From contig OZ024743.1 in the NCBI GenBank assembly GCA_964016885.1, forward strand, positions 184,264,001 to 184,328,000: 64,000 bases of DNA, in the 5' to 3' direction. Position 1 is the stretch's first letter; each line of letters begins with the position of its first letter. This document shows, in pieces, positions 1 to 18,074 of this stretch. Position numbers and translations under genes: made by a program. The notes beneath the pieces were generated by a model. It saw only the letters and a list, made by a program, of their open reading frames with translations. It did not search any database and was not told the DNA's origin. This stretch comes from Eledone cirrhosa. Lineage: Eukaryota.

Positions 1-2789
1 ACATTCAAACTCAGTCTGTGACACACTGATAATACATATGAAGCAACTACAGACAGTAATATGTGTCACATATCGGCCGCCCGATGCCCCCAGTCATGAG
101 GGTAAATTTGAGGATAGCCTAAGTAGGATAGAAGAGGTCCTTGACAAACTGGACCAGGGTCTCAACATCCTACTGCTGGGAGACTTCAACCTACCAAAGG
201 TCAAATGGCCTGAGGGCCACCTCCTCCCTGGAATGACGTCAATAGAACAGAGACAGACGGAATCCCTGCTGGCCCTCACACACAGGCTGTTCATGGAGCA
301 AGCAATACTCCTCCCAACAAGAGGCGAAAATGTCCTGGACCTCTGTTTTACAAACAACGAAGTGCTCATCCACAATATAAAGGTGACACCAACAATTCTC
401 TCGGATCATAACTTAGTAGAGCTAATGATATGTGGTCCAAGAGGACCAACAGAGACAAAACCACCAAGAAGCTCCGGGACGCTATCCAAGCTTAACTTCT
501 ACAAGGCTAACTGGAAAAAGATTAAGAGTGAAATCCGGAAGCAAACATGGAGTGAAAACACTGCCACACAAGACACTAACACACAATTTCAACACTTCAT
601 GACAACGATACACACCATATGCAAAAAGTGTGTCCCGGAGAAAGAGGCAAACAGACACAAAAATCTTATTCCCAGAGATAGGAAAATCCTTATGAGACGT
701 AGAACTAAACTCTCAAACCAGTTGAATAGTCAACAAAACAAAAACAAGAAGGAATCCCATTTGAAACGTGCACTACTTGACACCGAGATTGCACTCAAAC
801 TTTCACATGAGAATGAGAGGGCAAAGAAAGAGAACAGGGCCATAGAAAACATTAAAACAAACCCTAAGGCCTTCTTTAAATTTGCAAAAGAAACTGCCTC
901 AGTACAATGCAAGATTGGACCACTCTTCCACACGGACGGTTCATTAACCGAAAATCCCCAAGAGATATGTGAAATACTGAACGAACAGTACAAAAGTGTC
1001 TTCACATGTCCACTGAGGCACATGCAAATAACGAAGCCAGAGGAGTTCTTTGATGCCACAACACTACATCAAGAAATGGCAACCATCAACCACATAGACA
1101 TAACGGAGGAGGATGTAGTGTACGCCATTGATGAAATTAGAACAGACTCGGCTGCTGGACCTGATGGATTCCCAGCAGTTCTCCTAAAAATATGTAAGCG
1201 GGCCTTAGCAACTCCACTGAAGACGCTCTTCAGAAGCTCCTTGGCTAGCGGTGTACTACCCAGGGAGCTGAAAGAAGGCACAATATGCCCTATCCATAAA
1301 GGAGGTAGTAGAGCGGAGGCCAAGAACTATAGGCCAGTCTCCCTGACGTCGCATATCAGTAAGGTCATGGAGCGAGTCATCAGAAAGAAACTAATCACTT
1401 TCCTCGAAGAAAATGACCGCCTGACTAGCACGCAACATGGCTTCCGCCCAGGAAGAAGCTGCCTTACACAGCTGCTACATCACTACGACTGGGTACTGAG
1501 ACAACTACTAGACAACTCACATGTGGACGTGATATATCTTGACTTTGCGAAGGCCTTTGACAAGGTCGACTACGGAATGATATGTCACAAACTACACGGA
1601 CTCGGCATAACTGGAAAAGTAGGTGAGTGGCTGCATGGCTTCCTAAGGGACAGAAGCCAGGAAGTCGCAGCAAATGGGGCCCTCTCGAGGGAAACACCGA
1701 TAACAAGTGGGGTGCCCTAGGGGACAGTCTTGGGACCACTACTGTTTTTGGTGGCTCTCTCGGACATACCCTCTGTGGTGCATGCAACAACATCCCTCAC
1801 TAGCTATGCTGATGACACTAAGGTAGCACATGCAATCAAAAACACGGCTGACGCTGCCCTTTTACAGCAGGATCTGGATGCCATATACAGATGGGCGGAA
1901 GAAAACAAGATGCAGTTAAATGCTGGCAAATTCCAAGCCCTACAATACAAACCTGCAAACACAAATATAGTGGAACACAGCTACACAGGACCAGGAGGGA
2001 CCGATATCCCCGTGTCAAAATCGATACGAGACCTGGGCATAGACATGAGCGATGATGCATCTTTTTCTTCACACATCATGAAAGTGGCGACAACGTGCAG
2101 ACGACTCGCTGGCTGGATCTTGAGGACTTTCCGGACAAGAGATCGAGACACCATGTTGACACTGTGGAGGACTTTTGTCCTAAGCCGCCTGGACTACTGC
2201 TCCCAGTTGTGGTCACCCCATAGTGTCAAACTAAACACGGAGCTTGAGGCAATCCAGCGAAGCTACACCAAGAGGATTGCCAAGATGAGGGAGACAAGCT
2301 CTGGGAGAGGCTAAAGGAACTGAACCTCTACTCCTTGGAGCGAAGACGGGAGAGATACGCAGTGATCTACATGTGGAAAATCCTGGAGGGACTAGCACCA
2401 AACTTTGGCATTGGGAGCTGGACCAACCGTCGAACAGGACGTCACTGTGTGGTGCCAAAGGTCCCGTCTTCCACATCTAGAATAAGGAGCAGGTATTGCA
2501 ATAGCCTGGGATTCAAGAGCCCTCAACTCTTCAACAGGCTGCCGAAGCATCTGAGAGACTTGCATGACGTGGAGGTGGATGTCTTTAAGAAACATCTCGA
2601 CACCTTGTTATCCAGGATCCCGGATGAGCCCACAGCAAGACACGAGGGAAACCTAAGGGCAGCAGCAACAAACTCCCTCTTACACCAGTGGCCAACCTAT
2701 ACAGGCTGGAGATAAAATGTGTAGCAACAAGGGCGGTGCCCCAGCATGGCCTCAGCCGGATGGCTGAAACAGGTAAAAGAGTAAAAGAA
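1..2789 (+). mobile_element. CR1/L2-group non-LTR retrotransposon, copy 1 (APE endonuclease + RT), disrupted; 5' end outside window
   Basis: APE motifs YRPP, GDFN, LDL, SDH; RT motifs [19 protein letters not shown]. The 3' UTR has the hairpin TCAGCC-GGAT-GGCTGA (2752-2767) and (GTAAAAGA)2 running into (TA)n. Confidence 0.9.
38..2715 (+). pseudogene. Disrupted LINE ORF2 (endonuclease-reverse transcriptase)
   Basis: Track ORFs 38-1720, 1730-2314 and 2335-2715 are one gene. Relative to copy 2 it has CAG>TAG at 1718-1720 (PQG motif) and a 1-nt deletion near 2300. Confidence 0.9.
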
Positions 2790-3154
<365 letters not shown>

Positions 3155-3695
3155 AGAATTAGTATATCTACCAACATATGCGTACAGATGTACACTAATG
3201 CTAGCAAATACATAAGTTATGTCATAGTACCTAGGTGGTTCAATGCAGGAGGATGCAGAACAATAATATGAAAGACGTAAAATAAGAAAAATAAAAAAAA
3301 AATTAAAAATTAACTGACTTACTAAAATTTTCACTCCAACTAATTAGTTTCTGTAATGGGATAAAGATAGTTACGTAATATAACCATCGAGAATTCATTA
3401 CGTCATCAGGGAGTCTATTCTCAGCGATGTCTCCAGGCAATGCATGGACTCTAGGGACTCATATAAAAATAATAATAATTCGGTGGATGGAACAGGTAGC
3501 GGGGACTGGATTCCATGCACTGAAAAAGTTCACTGTCTCTGGTCAAATGGCAGATTCTAAAGAATCAATCACGTGACACTGAGGCTAGTCGGAAGGAGTG
3601 GGTTGGTAAGATGACAAGAGCCTACTACTACACCAATGAATTAGTAGTGGATTTGGCAGTTTTGCTCAACAAATAAATAATTTGGAGATAAATAA
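3155..3695 (-). mobile_element. Probable PLE 3'-end/pLTR fragment between TA arrays
   Basis: Non-coding island containing a complete HHR, followed on the minus strand by a GTAAGT donor-like motif near 3320. Confidence 0.55.
3333..3414 (-). ncRNA. Type I hammerhead ribozyme
   Basis: Minus strand: ACTCC-CTGATGA-c GTAATG...CATTAC a-GAAAC-TAATTA-GTT-GGAGT. 5-bp stem I, long stem II, palindromic stem III, GUU site. Confidence 0.8.
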
Positions 3696-4400
<705 letters not shown>

Positions 4401-4690
4401 AGGTTAACACAAATCAATATATTTGATAAACAAAACCTCATATTTATGTATGTATTGTAAATGACCAAGTTAGCTAGATGGAAATATACTAATAATAACT
4501 GTAATATTATTATTAGTATATTTCTATCTAGCTAACTTGGTCATTTACAATACATACATAAATATGAGGATTTGTTTATCAAATATATTGATTTGTGTTA
4601 ACCTATATTACACGGCTCAGAATAGTCTTTCTTCGAGCTATTTCATTGTAAATGATCGCCTAAGATTTGAACTCATTATTATTGATTTTA
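4401..4690 (+). mobile_element. Short fold-back insertion: ~98-bp inverted arms (4401-4498 / 4507-4604) plus ~85-bp unique tail
   Basis: Near-perfect reverse complement. The tail (TTACACGG..TCAGAATA..CTATTTCATTGTAAA..AGATTTGAACTCA) is homologous to the tail at 21001-21083. Confidence 0.75.
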
Positions 4691-4914
4691 TATATATATA
4701 TATATGTATGTATATATATATATATGTATGTATATATATATATATATGTATGTATATATATATATATGTATATATATATATGTATCTATATATGTATATA
4801 TATATATGTATCTATATATGTATATATATATATGTATATATATATGTATATATATATATATATATATGTATGTATATATATATATGTATGTATATATATA
4901 TGTATATGTATATG

Positions 4915-4981
<67 letters not shown>

Positions 4982-5008
4982 GTATATATATATATGTATA
5001 TATATAAG

Positions 5009-5071
<63 letters not shown>

Positions 5072-5084
5072 GTATATATATATG

Positions 5085-5118
<34 letters not shown>

Positions 5119-5172
5119 AGTATATATATATATATGTATATATGTATATATATGTATATATATGTATATATG

Positions 5173-5236
<64 letters not shown>

Positions 5237-5242
5237 TATGTA
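4691..5242. repeat. (TA)n microsatellite
   Basis: Seen directly. Confidence 0.97.
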
Positions 5243-6589
5243 TGCCTTACACAGCTGCTACATCACTACGACTGGGTACTGAGACAGCTACTAGACAGCT
5301 CACATGTAGACGTGATATATCTTGACTTTGCGAAGGCCTTTGACAAGGTCGACCACGGAATGATATGTCACAAACTACACGGACTCGGCATAACTGGAAA
5401 AGTAGGTGAGTGGCTGCATGGCTTCCTGAGGGACAGAAGCCAGGCAGTCGCAGCAAATGGGGCTCTCTCGAGGGAAACACCGATAACAAGTGGGGTGCCT
5501 CAGGGGACAGTCCTGGGACCACTACTGTTTTTGGTGGCTCTCTCGGACATGCCCTCTGTGGTGCATGCAACAACATCCCTCACTAGCTACGCTGATGACA
5601 CTAAGGTAGCACAGGCAATCAAAAACCCGGCTGACACTGCCCTCTTACAGCAGGATCTGGATGCCATATACAGATGGGCGGAAGAAAACAACATGCAGTT
5701 TAATGCTGGCAAATTCCAAGCCCTACAATACAAACCTGCAAACACAAACACAAATATAGCGGAACACAGCTACACAGGACCAGGAGGGACCGATATCCCC
5801 GTGTCAAAATCGATACGAGACCTGGGCATAGACATGAGCGATGATGCATCTTTTTCTTCACACATCATGAAGGTGGCGACAGCATGTAGACGATTCGCTG
5901 GCTGGATCTTGAGGACTTTCCTTACAAGAGATCGAGACACCATGTTGACACTGTGGAGGACTTTTGTCCTAAGCCGCCTGGACTACTGCTCCCAGCTGTG
6001 GTCACCCCATAGTGTCAAACTAACCACAGAGCTTGAGGCAATCCAGCGAAGCTACACCAAGAGGATTGCCAAGATGAGGGAGACAAGCTACTGGGAGAGG
6101 CTGAAGGAACTGAACCTCTACTCCTTGGAGCGAAGACGGGAGAGATACGCAGTGATCTACATGTGGAAAATCCTGGAGGGACTAGCACCAAACTTTGGCA
6201 TTGGGAGCTGGACCAACCGTCGAACAGGACGTCACTGTGTGGTGCCAAAGGTCCCGTCTTCCACATCTAGAATAAGGAGCAGGTATTGCAATAGCCTGGG
6301 ATTCAAGGGCCCTCAACTCTTCAACAGGCTGCCGAGGCATCTGCGAGACTTGCATGACGTGGAGGTGGATGTCTTTAAGAAACATCTCGACACCTTGTTA
6401 TCCAGGATCCCGGATGAGCCCACAGCAAGACACGAGGGAAACCTAAGGGCAGCAGCAACAAACTCCCTCCTACACCAGTGGCCAACCTATACAGGCTGGA
6501 GATAAAGTGTGTAGCAGCAAGGGCGGTGCCCCAGCATGGCCTCAGCCGGATGGCTGAAACAGGTAAAAGAGTAAAAGAGTAAAAGAGTA
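5243..6589 (+). mobile_element. CR1/L2-group LINE copy 2, 5'-truncated, remaining RT frame open (5243-6505)
   Basis: Nearly identical to 1460-2789. GVPQG and YADD are intact, and it ends in (GTAAAAGA)3 then (TA)n. Confidence 0.92.
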
Positions 6590-8216
<1,627 letters not shown>

Positions 8217-8688
8217 TAATATATATTTTAGAAATTTAGAAATTAATATATAATTTAATTTAAATGTAGATAACCTATAAATTTAATTTAATTAAATTTC
8301 TAATACAGATGAGATAAAAAATATTGTGTAATCATAAATAGTGAAAAACTTTTAAATATTATTAACATAATTAATATATACTTTGTAAATTAATTTATAG
8401 ATTAATTTTAGTTTATTTAACCTTTTATTAAAATTCCTTTATAGATGAAATATAACAAAACATTGTGTAATCAATAACAGAGAAATATTTTTTAATATTA
8501 TAAACCTAATTAATATACAATTTAGAAAGTTATTTATAAATTAATTTTAATTTAGTTTACCTATAATTTTAATTTAATTAGCTGAAAATTAAAATTCCAA
8601 TACAGATGGATTGCAGAATATCATGTAATCATAAACTGAGATAAATTTTTAAATATATACCTAATTAATATATTCTTTACAATTAAAA

Positions 8689-8774
<86 letters not shown>

Positions 8775-9417
8775 TTTAATTTTTGTTAACCTATAATTAT
8801 ATTCTACTATAGATAAAATACAAAATCTGCTTTAATTATTATAAACCTAATTAACATATACTATAGAAATTAATATATAATTCTTTAAATTAGTTAACCT
8901 ATAATTTATATTCTACTACCGATGAAATACTTGATTTGGTTTTCCCTATTACTAAATTCATTTCCTAATATTGATACCATAATGTTAATATTTTAATTTA
9001 GTTATGATATAATTAATATTCTACTACTATTTAACTTCAAAATTCCGCTTCGAATATTATAAACCTAAGTAGTATACACCTTAGAAATCAATATATTAAC
9101 TAATTTTAATTTAGTTAACCTTTAATTAATAGTCTACTTATATTAAAATGCATAATTTTGCCTTCTTTCTTACATTTCCTAATACTGAAACTACTATGTA
9201 AACAAATATTATGATCTAAATGCAGATTAATATTCTATGTTCCTTGAAACCTATATTTACTTTTTCCCACTAATAATTTTAATCCCCCCCCCCTATAATT
9301 ATTTATATTTGTAAGCGTGGATGAATGTATGTGTATGTAAGTAGGTATGTATGTTTGGGTGTTTATATGTGAGTATAAAAATACATATGTGCGCATGTAA
9401 ATAAGTGTCTATGATTG

Positions 9418-9450
<33 letters not shown>

Positions 9451-9477
9451 GTATGTATGTATGTATGTATATATATG

Positions 9478-9510
<33 letters not shown>

Positions 9511-9511
9511 G

Positions 9512-9544
<33 letters not shown>

Positions 9545-10038
9545 GTCTATGTATAAGTATGTGTGTATGTATATACGTATGCGTGCGTGCGTATATGTGT
9601 ATATATATTTGTAGGGATGTGTGTATGTGTATATATATATATGTGTGCATAATTGTCTGAGTTGTGTGAGCGTGTTGTTGTATGTGTATATACATACATG
9701 GATATGTGTATGTGTGTGTATATATACGTATATGTATGTGTGTTGTGTGTGTGTGTATATATATATATGTGTGTGTATGTATATATATGTATATATATAT
9801 ATGTGTGTGTGTATATATGTGTGTATATATATGTGTCTGTATGTATATATGTGTATATATATATATATATATGTGTGTATGTGCGTGTACATATATGTGT
9901 ATATATGTATGTGAGTTGTGAATATATGTATATATTTTTTTATATATATGTGTTTGTATGTGTGTCTATGTATTTATATATGTATGTGTATGTATATTTA
10001 TGTATGTATGAGTATGTGTACGTGTATATGTGTATGTG

Positions 10039-10085
<47 letters not shown>

Positions 10086-10742
10086 ATGTGTATTTATATG
10101 TATATGTATATCGGTATGTATTTTATGTATGAGTATATTTTACTTGTTTATATATATATATATTTTTTTTTATATATTTCTTTTTATTTCTAAATTTGTA
10201 GATACATTTTTAAATAGGCGGCTCCCTGACATCCTTAGTTATTACTGAACCCCTTACCCACTTCTGCATTTGGATGTAAAAATATATGTAGCAGTGTTTA
10301 TGTGTGTGCCTAAATATCCATATAGTTATAATAATAATATATACATATATGTGTGTGTGTGAGTGTGTGAGTGTGTGTGTGTATGTTCATGGGTATGTGT
10401 ATGTTTATGTGTATATGCGCGTGTGTGTGTGAATGTGCGTGTGTATATATGTGTGTATATATGAATCTATATATGTTTATATGCGTATGTGTATTTTATC
10501 TATAGATTATAAACATACAGAGACATTAGCCCTGAATTTTTTGTATTTACATACATTTTTTCGACATGCGTATGCATGTGAACATATATTTTTATGCATA
10601 TCTGTGAACGAAGTTACTTACATATATACACACACCTAACTGTATTTTATTGATATATTTTGTGTATTTCATTGGTCAATTTGAACTCTGTTCCCAAACA
10701 GACCTGTAATTTTGAATTGTTGTTATTATCAATAAATATATT

Positions 10743-10893
10743 TCATTATTTCTGAAGACGGCATATGTATGTGTTGGTATGTATATTATATTTGATAATT
10801 TGTATAATTTTGTATAATTTTGTACATAGATCTGTTGAATATGCATACCAATTCTAACACATATATGTCCTAGAAACGATCGTTAAATAATGA
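10743..10893 (+). ncRNA. Type I hammerhead ribozyme with long stem II (family A)
   Basis: TCATTATTT-CTGAAGA-[~110-nt stem II]-GAAAC-GATC-GTT-AAATAATGA; perfect 9-bp stem I. Confidence 0.8.
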
Positions 10894-11090
10894 GCTTTTT
10901 TTGTTTAATATAAGGAACTGTTTCATTGTTTTATTCATTATTTTTTTAACATTTTATCTTGACTCTGTATTCCGTTTATCTTTCACCGAAAGTGATTTTT
11001 GAATGCATCTCTTCTTTCCATGATATCCTGATTATATTGAGTTCTTCATACGGATTGGACACTACCGTAAACTCTTGGTAGATTTATCTA

Positions 11091-12628
<1,538 letters not shown>

Positions 12629-12825
12629 TAGATAAATCTACCAAGAGTTTACGGTAGTGTCCAATCCGTATGAAGAACTCAATGTAATCCGGATATCATG
12701 GAAAGAAGAGATGCAATGAAAAATCACTTTCGGTGAAAGATAAACGGAATACAGAGTCAAGATAAAATATTTAAAAAATAATGAATAAAACAATGAAACA
12801 GTTCCTTATATTAAACAAAAAAAGT

Positions 12826-12976
12826 TCATTATTTAACGATCGTTTCTGGGATATATATGTGTTAGAATTGGCATGTATATTTAACAGATCTATGTATAAA
12901 ATTATACAAATTTATACAAACTATCAAAATTAAATATACATACCAACTCATATATATGCGGTCTTCAGAAATAATA
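12826..12976 (-). ncRNA. Type I hammerhead ribozyme (family A, second copy)
   Basis: Reverse complement of the 10743-10893 motif: CTGAAGA...GAAACGATCGTT-AAATAATGA. Confidence 0.75.
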
Positions 12977-13572
12977 AAATATATTTATTGATCATAACAA
13001 CAATTCAAAATTACAGGTCTGTTTGGGAACAGAGTTCAAATTGACCAATGGAAACACAAAAAGTTTATACAGTTAGGTGTGTGTATATATGTAAGTAACT
13101 TCGTTCATAGATATGCATAAAAATATATGTTCACGTGCATACGCATGCCGAAAAGATGTATGTAAATACAAAAATTCAGGGCTAATGTCTCTGTATGTTT
13201 ATAATCTACAGATAAAATACATATACGCATATAAACATATAAATATAAAAATAAATATATACACATTCATATACTCACACATATACATACATTCACACAC
13301 ACACGCGCATATACGCATAAACATACACACAACCACGAACATACATACACACACACACTCACACACACATATATGTGTATATACTATTATCATAAGCATA
13401 TGGACATTAATGCGCGCACATAAACACTGCCACACATATTTAGATCCAGATACAGAAAGTAGGTGGGGGGGAAGAGGTCAGTATTTACTGGTGTCAGCAA
13501 ACTGCCTATTTATAAATGTATCTATAAATTTAGAAATAAAAAAAAAGAAAAAGAAAAAAGAAAAATATTAGG

Positions 13573-13613
<41 letters not shown>

Positions 13614-13639
13614 AAGTAAAATATAAAATATACATCGAT

Positions 13640-13677
<38 letters not shown>

Positions 13678-13685
<8 letters not shown>

Positions 13686-13754
13686 TGCCCCCTCGTTATC
13701 GAGTATGGCCATTGCACAATAAAAAAAAAAATAAAAAAAAAAATAAAAAATAAA

Positions 13755-13806
<52 letters not shown>

Positions 13807-13885
13807 GCAATAATAATAATAACGACAACAACAATAATAATATACATATTCATATATATATACACACACACGCACGCACATAAGC

Positions 13886-13923
<38 letters not shown>

Positions 13924-15433
13924 GATAGCAACTAACAGTGCTGCGATCGAATGTGGCTTTTTAGCCCAGCCAATGATCCAAAATGTCTTGCACAGAGTCG
14001 GCAACCAAAACATTTACTGGGAATAGTCGGCTGTGGTTGGAGTTCGTGTACTTTTGCATGTCGCTTGAGTCCTCCTGCTGATTTACATTCTCTACCACAT
14101 GTTTGGCAAGCATGATGAGTAGCATCTCCAACAGCAGCCTGGTAGTCAACCACTGGTCTTACTTTATGACTGCGAAGATGACTTTCGAGTCCAGCTTTGC
14201 TTAGGCAGAGTCTCGCACAGACGCTGCATGTCAGAAACATAGGAGGACCCTCGCCGTCTGGAAGTGCAACAGCAATACCCTTCCTCACGTCCCGCTTTAC
14301 TTTCTCGTGTGCGATTCGAGATGCCTCAAAGGCAACTTTTCCCTCATATACAGTCTTTCTCCATTTATTACGATCAGCAGCAATATTTTCCCATGTATCA
14401 GCAGAGATGTTAGCGTCTCTCAGAGAGGCCTTCAAGGAATCCTTATACCTCTTTTTTGGTTTATGTGGCGGTCGTTTTCCTTTAACCAACTCTCCATAGA
14501 AGAGTTGTTTTGGTATTCTAGAATCCTTCATCCTGGCAAAGGTGACCACTCCAACGGAGTCGCTGCTTAAGCACAAGAGCTTCTATACTGTCACACATAG
14601 AGCTTTCCAAAATCTCGACATCACTGATGTGGTCCCTCCAGCGAACGCCATGTATCCGTCTGAGAACATCTGATGGAAACGCTCCAATTGCTTAAGGTGG
14701 CGTCGATATGTGACCCAGGTCTCGCAGGCATAAAGAAGACAAGAGAGTACACATGCCCTGTACACCTTTACCTTTGTCCTCCTGCATATGTCTCGCCGAC
14801 CCCAGAGTCGCCTTTCTAGCTTTCCGAAAGCATCACTTGCTTTCCTAATCCTAAGTGAGATTTCACTGTCAAGGTTGCCGTATCGATTGACAGTGCTTCC
14901 CAGGTAGACAAACTGATCAACCACTCCAAGTCGTTTGCCATACACATAGATGTTTGGTTCAGTGTATTGCCTACCAGGTGCAGGTTGGTACATGACGACG
15001 GTTTTCTTGAGACTGACAGTCAAACCCAGGGCAGTGCAAGCGTCAGAAAATACATTCAAAATGTGCTGCATATCACTCTCTGTGTGCGCTACAAGATCGC
15101 AATCATCTGCATACAAGAGGTCTCTTATGACTGATGTAAATACTTTTGTCTTCGCAGCAAAGCGCCTGATGTTAAATATGCTGCCTGAGGTTCGATATCG
15201 GATGTAAACACCATGCTCGCAATTCCTGAATGCAATACAGAAAACCATTGCAAAGTATATGGCAAACAGGGTCGGTGCTGGAATATCCCCCTGTTTCACT
15301 CCATTTTGTCAGGTCACCAGTTGGTGCTACTGGTAACATGTATCCCAGTACAACCTGTCCCATGGTCGGGTCGTTGGCGACTAAACTGGCAACCCCACCA
15401 AGGTTTCTTGGTGAGGAGGGTGACTTTGGACAT
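13678..15433 (-). mobile_element. RTE-clade LINE, internally deleted, with three C-terminal C2H2 zinc fingers
   Basis: [44 protein letters not shown]; frameshifts near 14580-14670; three CxxC..H..H motifs. Confidence 0.85.
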
Positions 15434-15591
15434 CATACATACATACATATACATACACATATACATAAACACATACATACACATACATATACATACACAC
15501 ACCATATATATACACATACACATACACACACGTGCATACATATAGAGACACATACATATACACATATAAATACATGGACATATACATATAT

Positions 15592-15647
<56 letters not shown>

Positions 15648-15666
15648 ATATATACATACATTCACA

Positions 15667-15724
<58 letters not shown>

Positions 15725-15767
15725 ATAAATACACTCAAGTATATACACATATACACATACATACCCA

Positions 15768-15817
<50 letters not shown>

Positions 15818-15818
15818 C

Positions 15819-15862
<44 letters not shown>

Positions 15863-15923
15863 ACACACACATGTACACATACACATATACACAAAGATAT
15901 ATATATATACACACACGTACATA

Positions 15924-15988
<65 letters not shown>

Positions 15989-16280
15989 TATACATACATA
16001 CATATATATACTCATACATAGACATACATATATACACACACACATACACACATACATATACGCATATATACACATACATACACATTCATGTATGCGTATA
16101 CACATACAAACACAACCACACGCTCACACAACTCAGACATACATAAATAAAGGGATATACATACACATATATACATATATAAATAGAGATATATATACAC
16201 ATATAAATATATACACACATACACACACACACACATATACATACACATACATACATACATACATATACATACACACACAC

Positions 16281-16321
<41 letters not shown>

Positions 16322-16406
16322 TATACATATATATAAAAATAAAGAAATAAAAAAATAAAAGAAATAAATAAATTAATTAATTAATACACCCAGTCAGACA
16401 AATATG

Positions 16407-16506
<100 letters not shown>

Positions 16507-16548
16507 CACATACATACACATATATATATACACATACACACATCAACT

Positions 16549-16598
<50 letters not shown>

Positions 16599-16708
16599 TC
16601 ACATATACATGCACATATACGTACATATATACACATACACATATATACACATAGACGTATACATGCGCATACATATACATACACACATATACCCACATAA
16701 ATACATAG

Positions 16709-16831
<123 letters not shown>

Positions 16832-17500
16832 CATACACCCTTATTTACATGCGCACATATGTATTTTTATACTCACATACAAACACCCAAACATACATAC
16901 CTACCTACATATGCATACATACATCCACGCTTACAAATACAAATAATAATAGGGAGGGGGGGGGGGGGTTATAGTAAATATAGGTTTCAAGAAACATAGA
17001 ATATTAATCTGCATTTAGATCATAATATGTGTTTACATAGTAGTTTCAGTATTAGGAAATGTAAGAAAGAAGGCAAAATTATGCATTTTAATATAAGTAG
17101 ACTATTAATTATAGGTTAACTAAATTAAAGATAGTTAATATATTGATTTCTAAGGTGTATACTACTTAGGTTTATAATATTTGAAGCGGAATTTTGAAGT
17201 TAAATAGTAGTAGAGTATTAATTATAGTATAACTAAATTAAAATTATTAACGTTATGGTATCAATATTAGGAAATGAATTTAGTAATAGGGAAAAAAAAC
17301 AAATAAATTATTACATCGGTAGTAGAATATAAATTATAGGTTAACTAAATTAAAAATTATATATTAATTTCTATAGTATATGTTAATTAGGTTTATAATA
17401 ATTAAAACAGATTTTGTATTTTATCTATAGTAGAATATAATTATAGGTAAACAAAAATTAAAATTAATATATACACACATATATATTCATATATATATAT

Positions 17501-17589
<89 letters not shown>

Positions 17590-18074
17590 CACACATACAT
17601 ATATATATACATATTTTTTCAAAAATTGCAAAGAATATATTAACTAGGTATACATCTAAAACCTATCTCAGTCTATGATTACATGACCCTCTGCAATCCA
17701 TCTGTATTAGGATTTTAATTTTAAGCCAATTAAATTAAATTTTTAGGTTAACCAAATTAAAACCAAATTATAAATATATTTCTAAATTGTACATTAATTA
17801 GGTCTATAATATTAAAAAATATTTCTCTGTCATTGAATACACGATATTTTGTTAAATTTTATCTGTAAAGGAATTTTAATAAAAGGTTAAATAAATTAAA
17901 ATTAATCTATAAATTAATTTACAAAGTATATATTAGTAATATTTAAAAGTTTTTCACAATTTATGATTACACAATATTTTATAATCTCATCTGTAGTAGA
18001 ATTTTAATTAAATTAAATTTATAGGTTAACTAACATTTAAATTAAATTATATATTAATATCTAAAATAATGTTA

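Noticed and set aside
13932-14200. Host zinc-finger gene exon
   Set aside because: Continuous with the RTE ORF C-terminus
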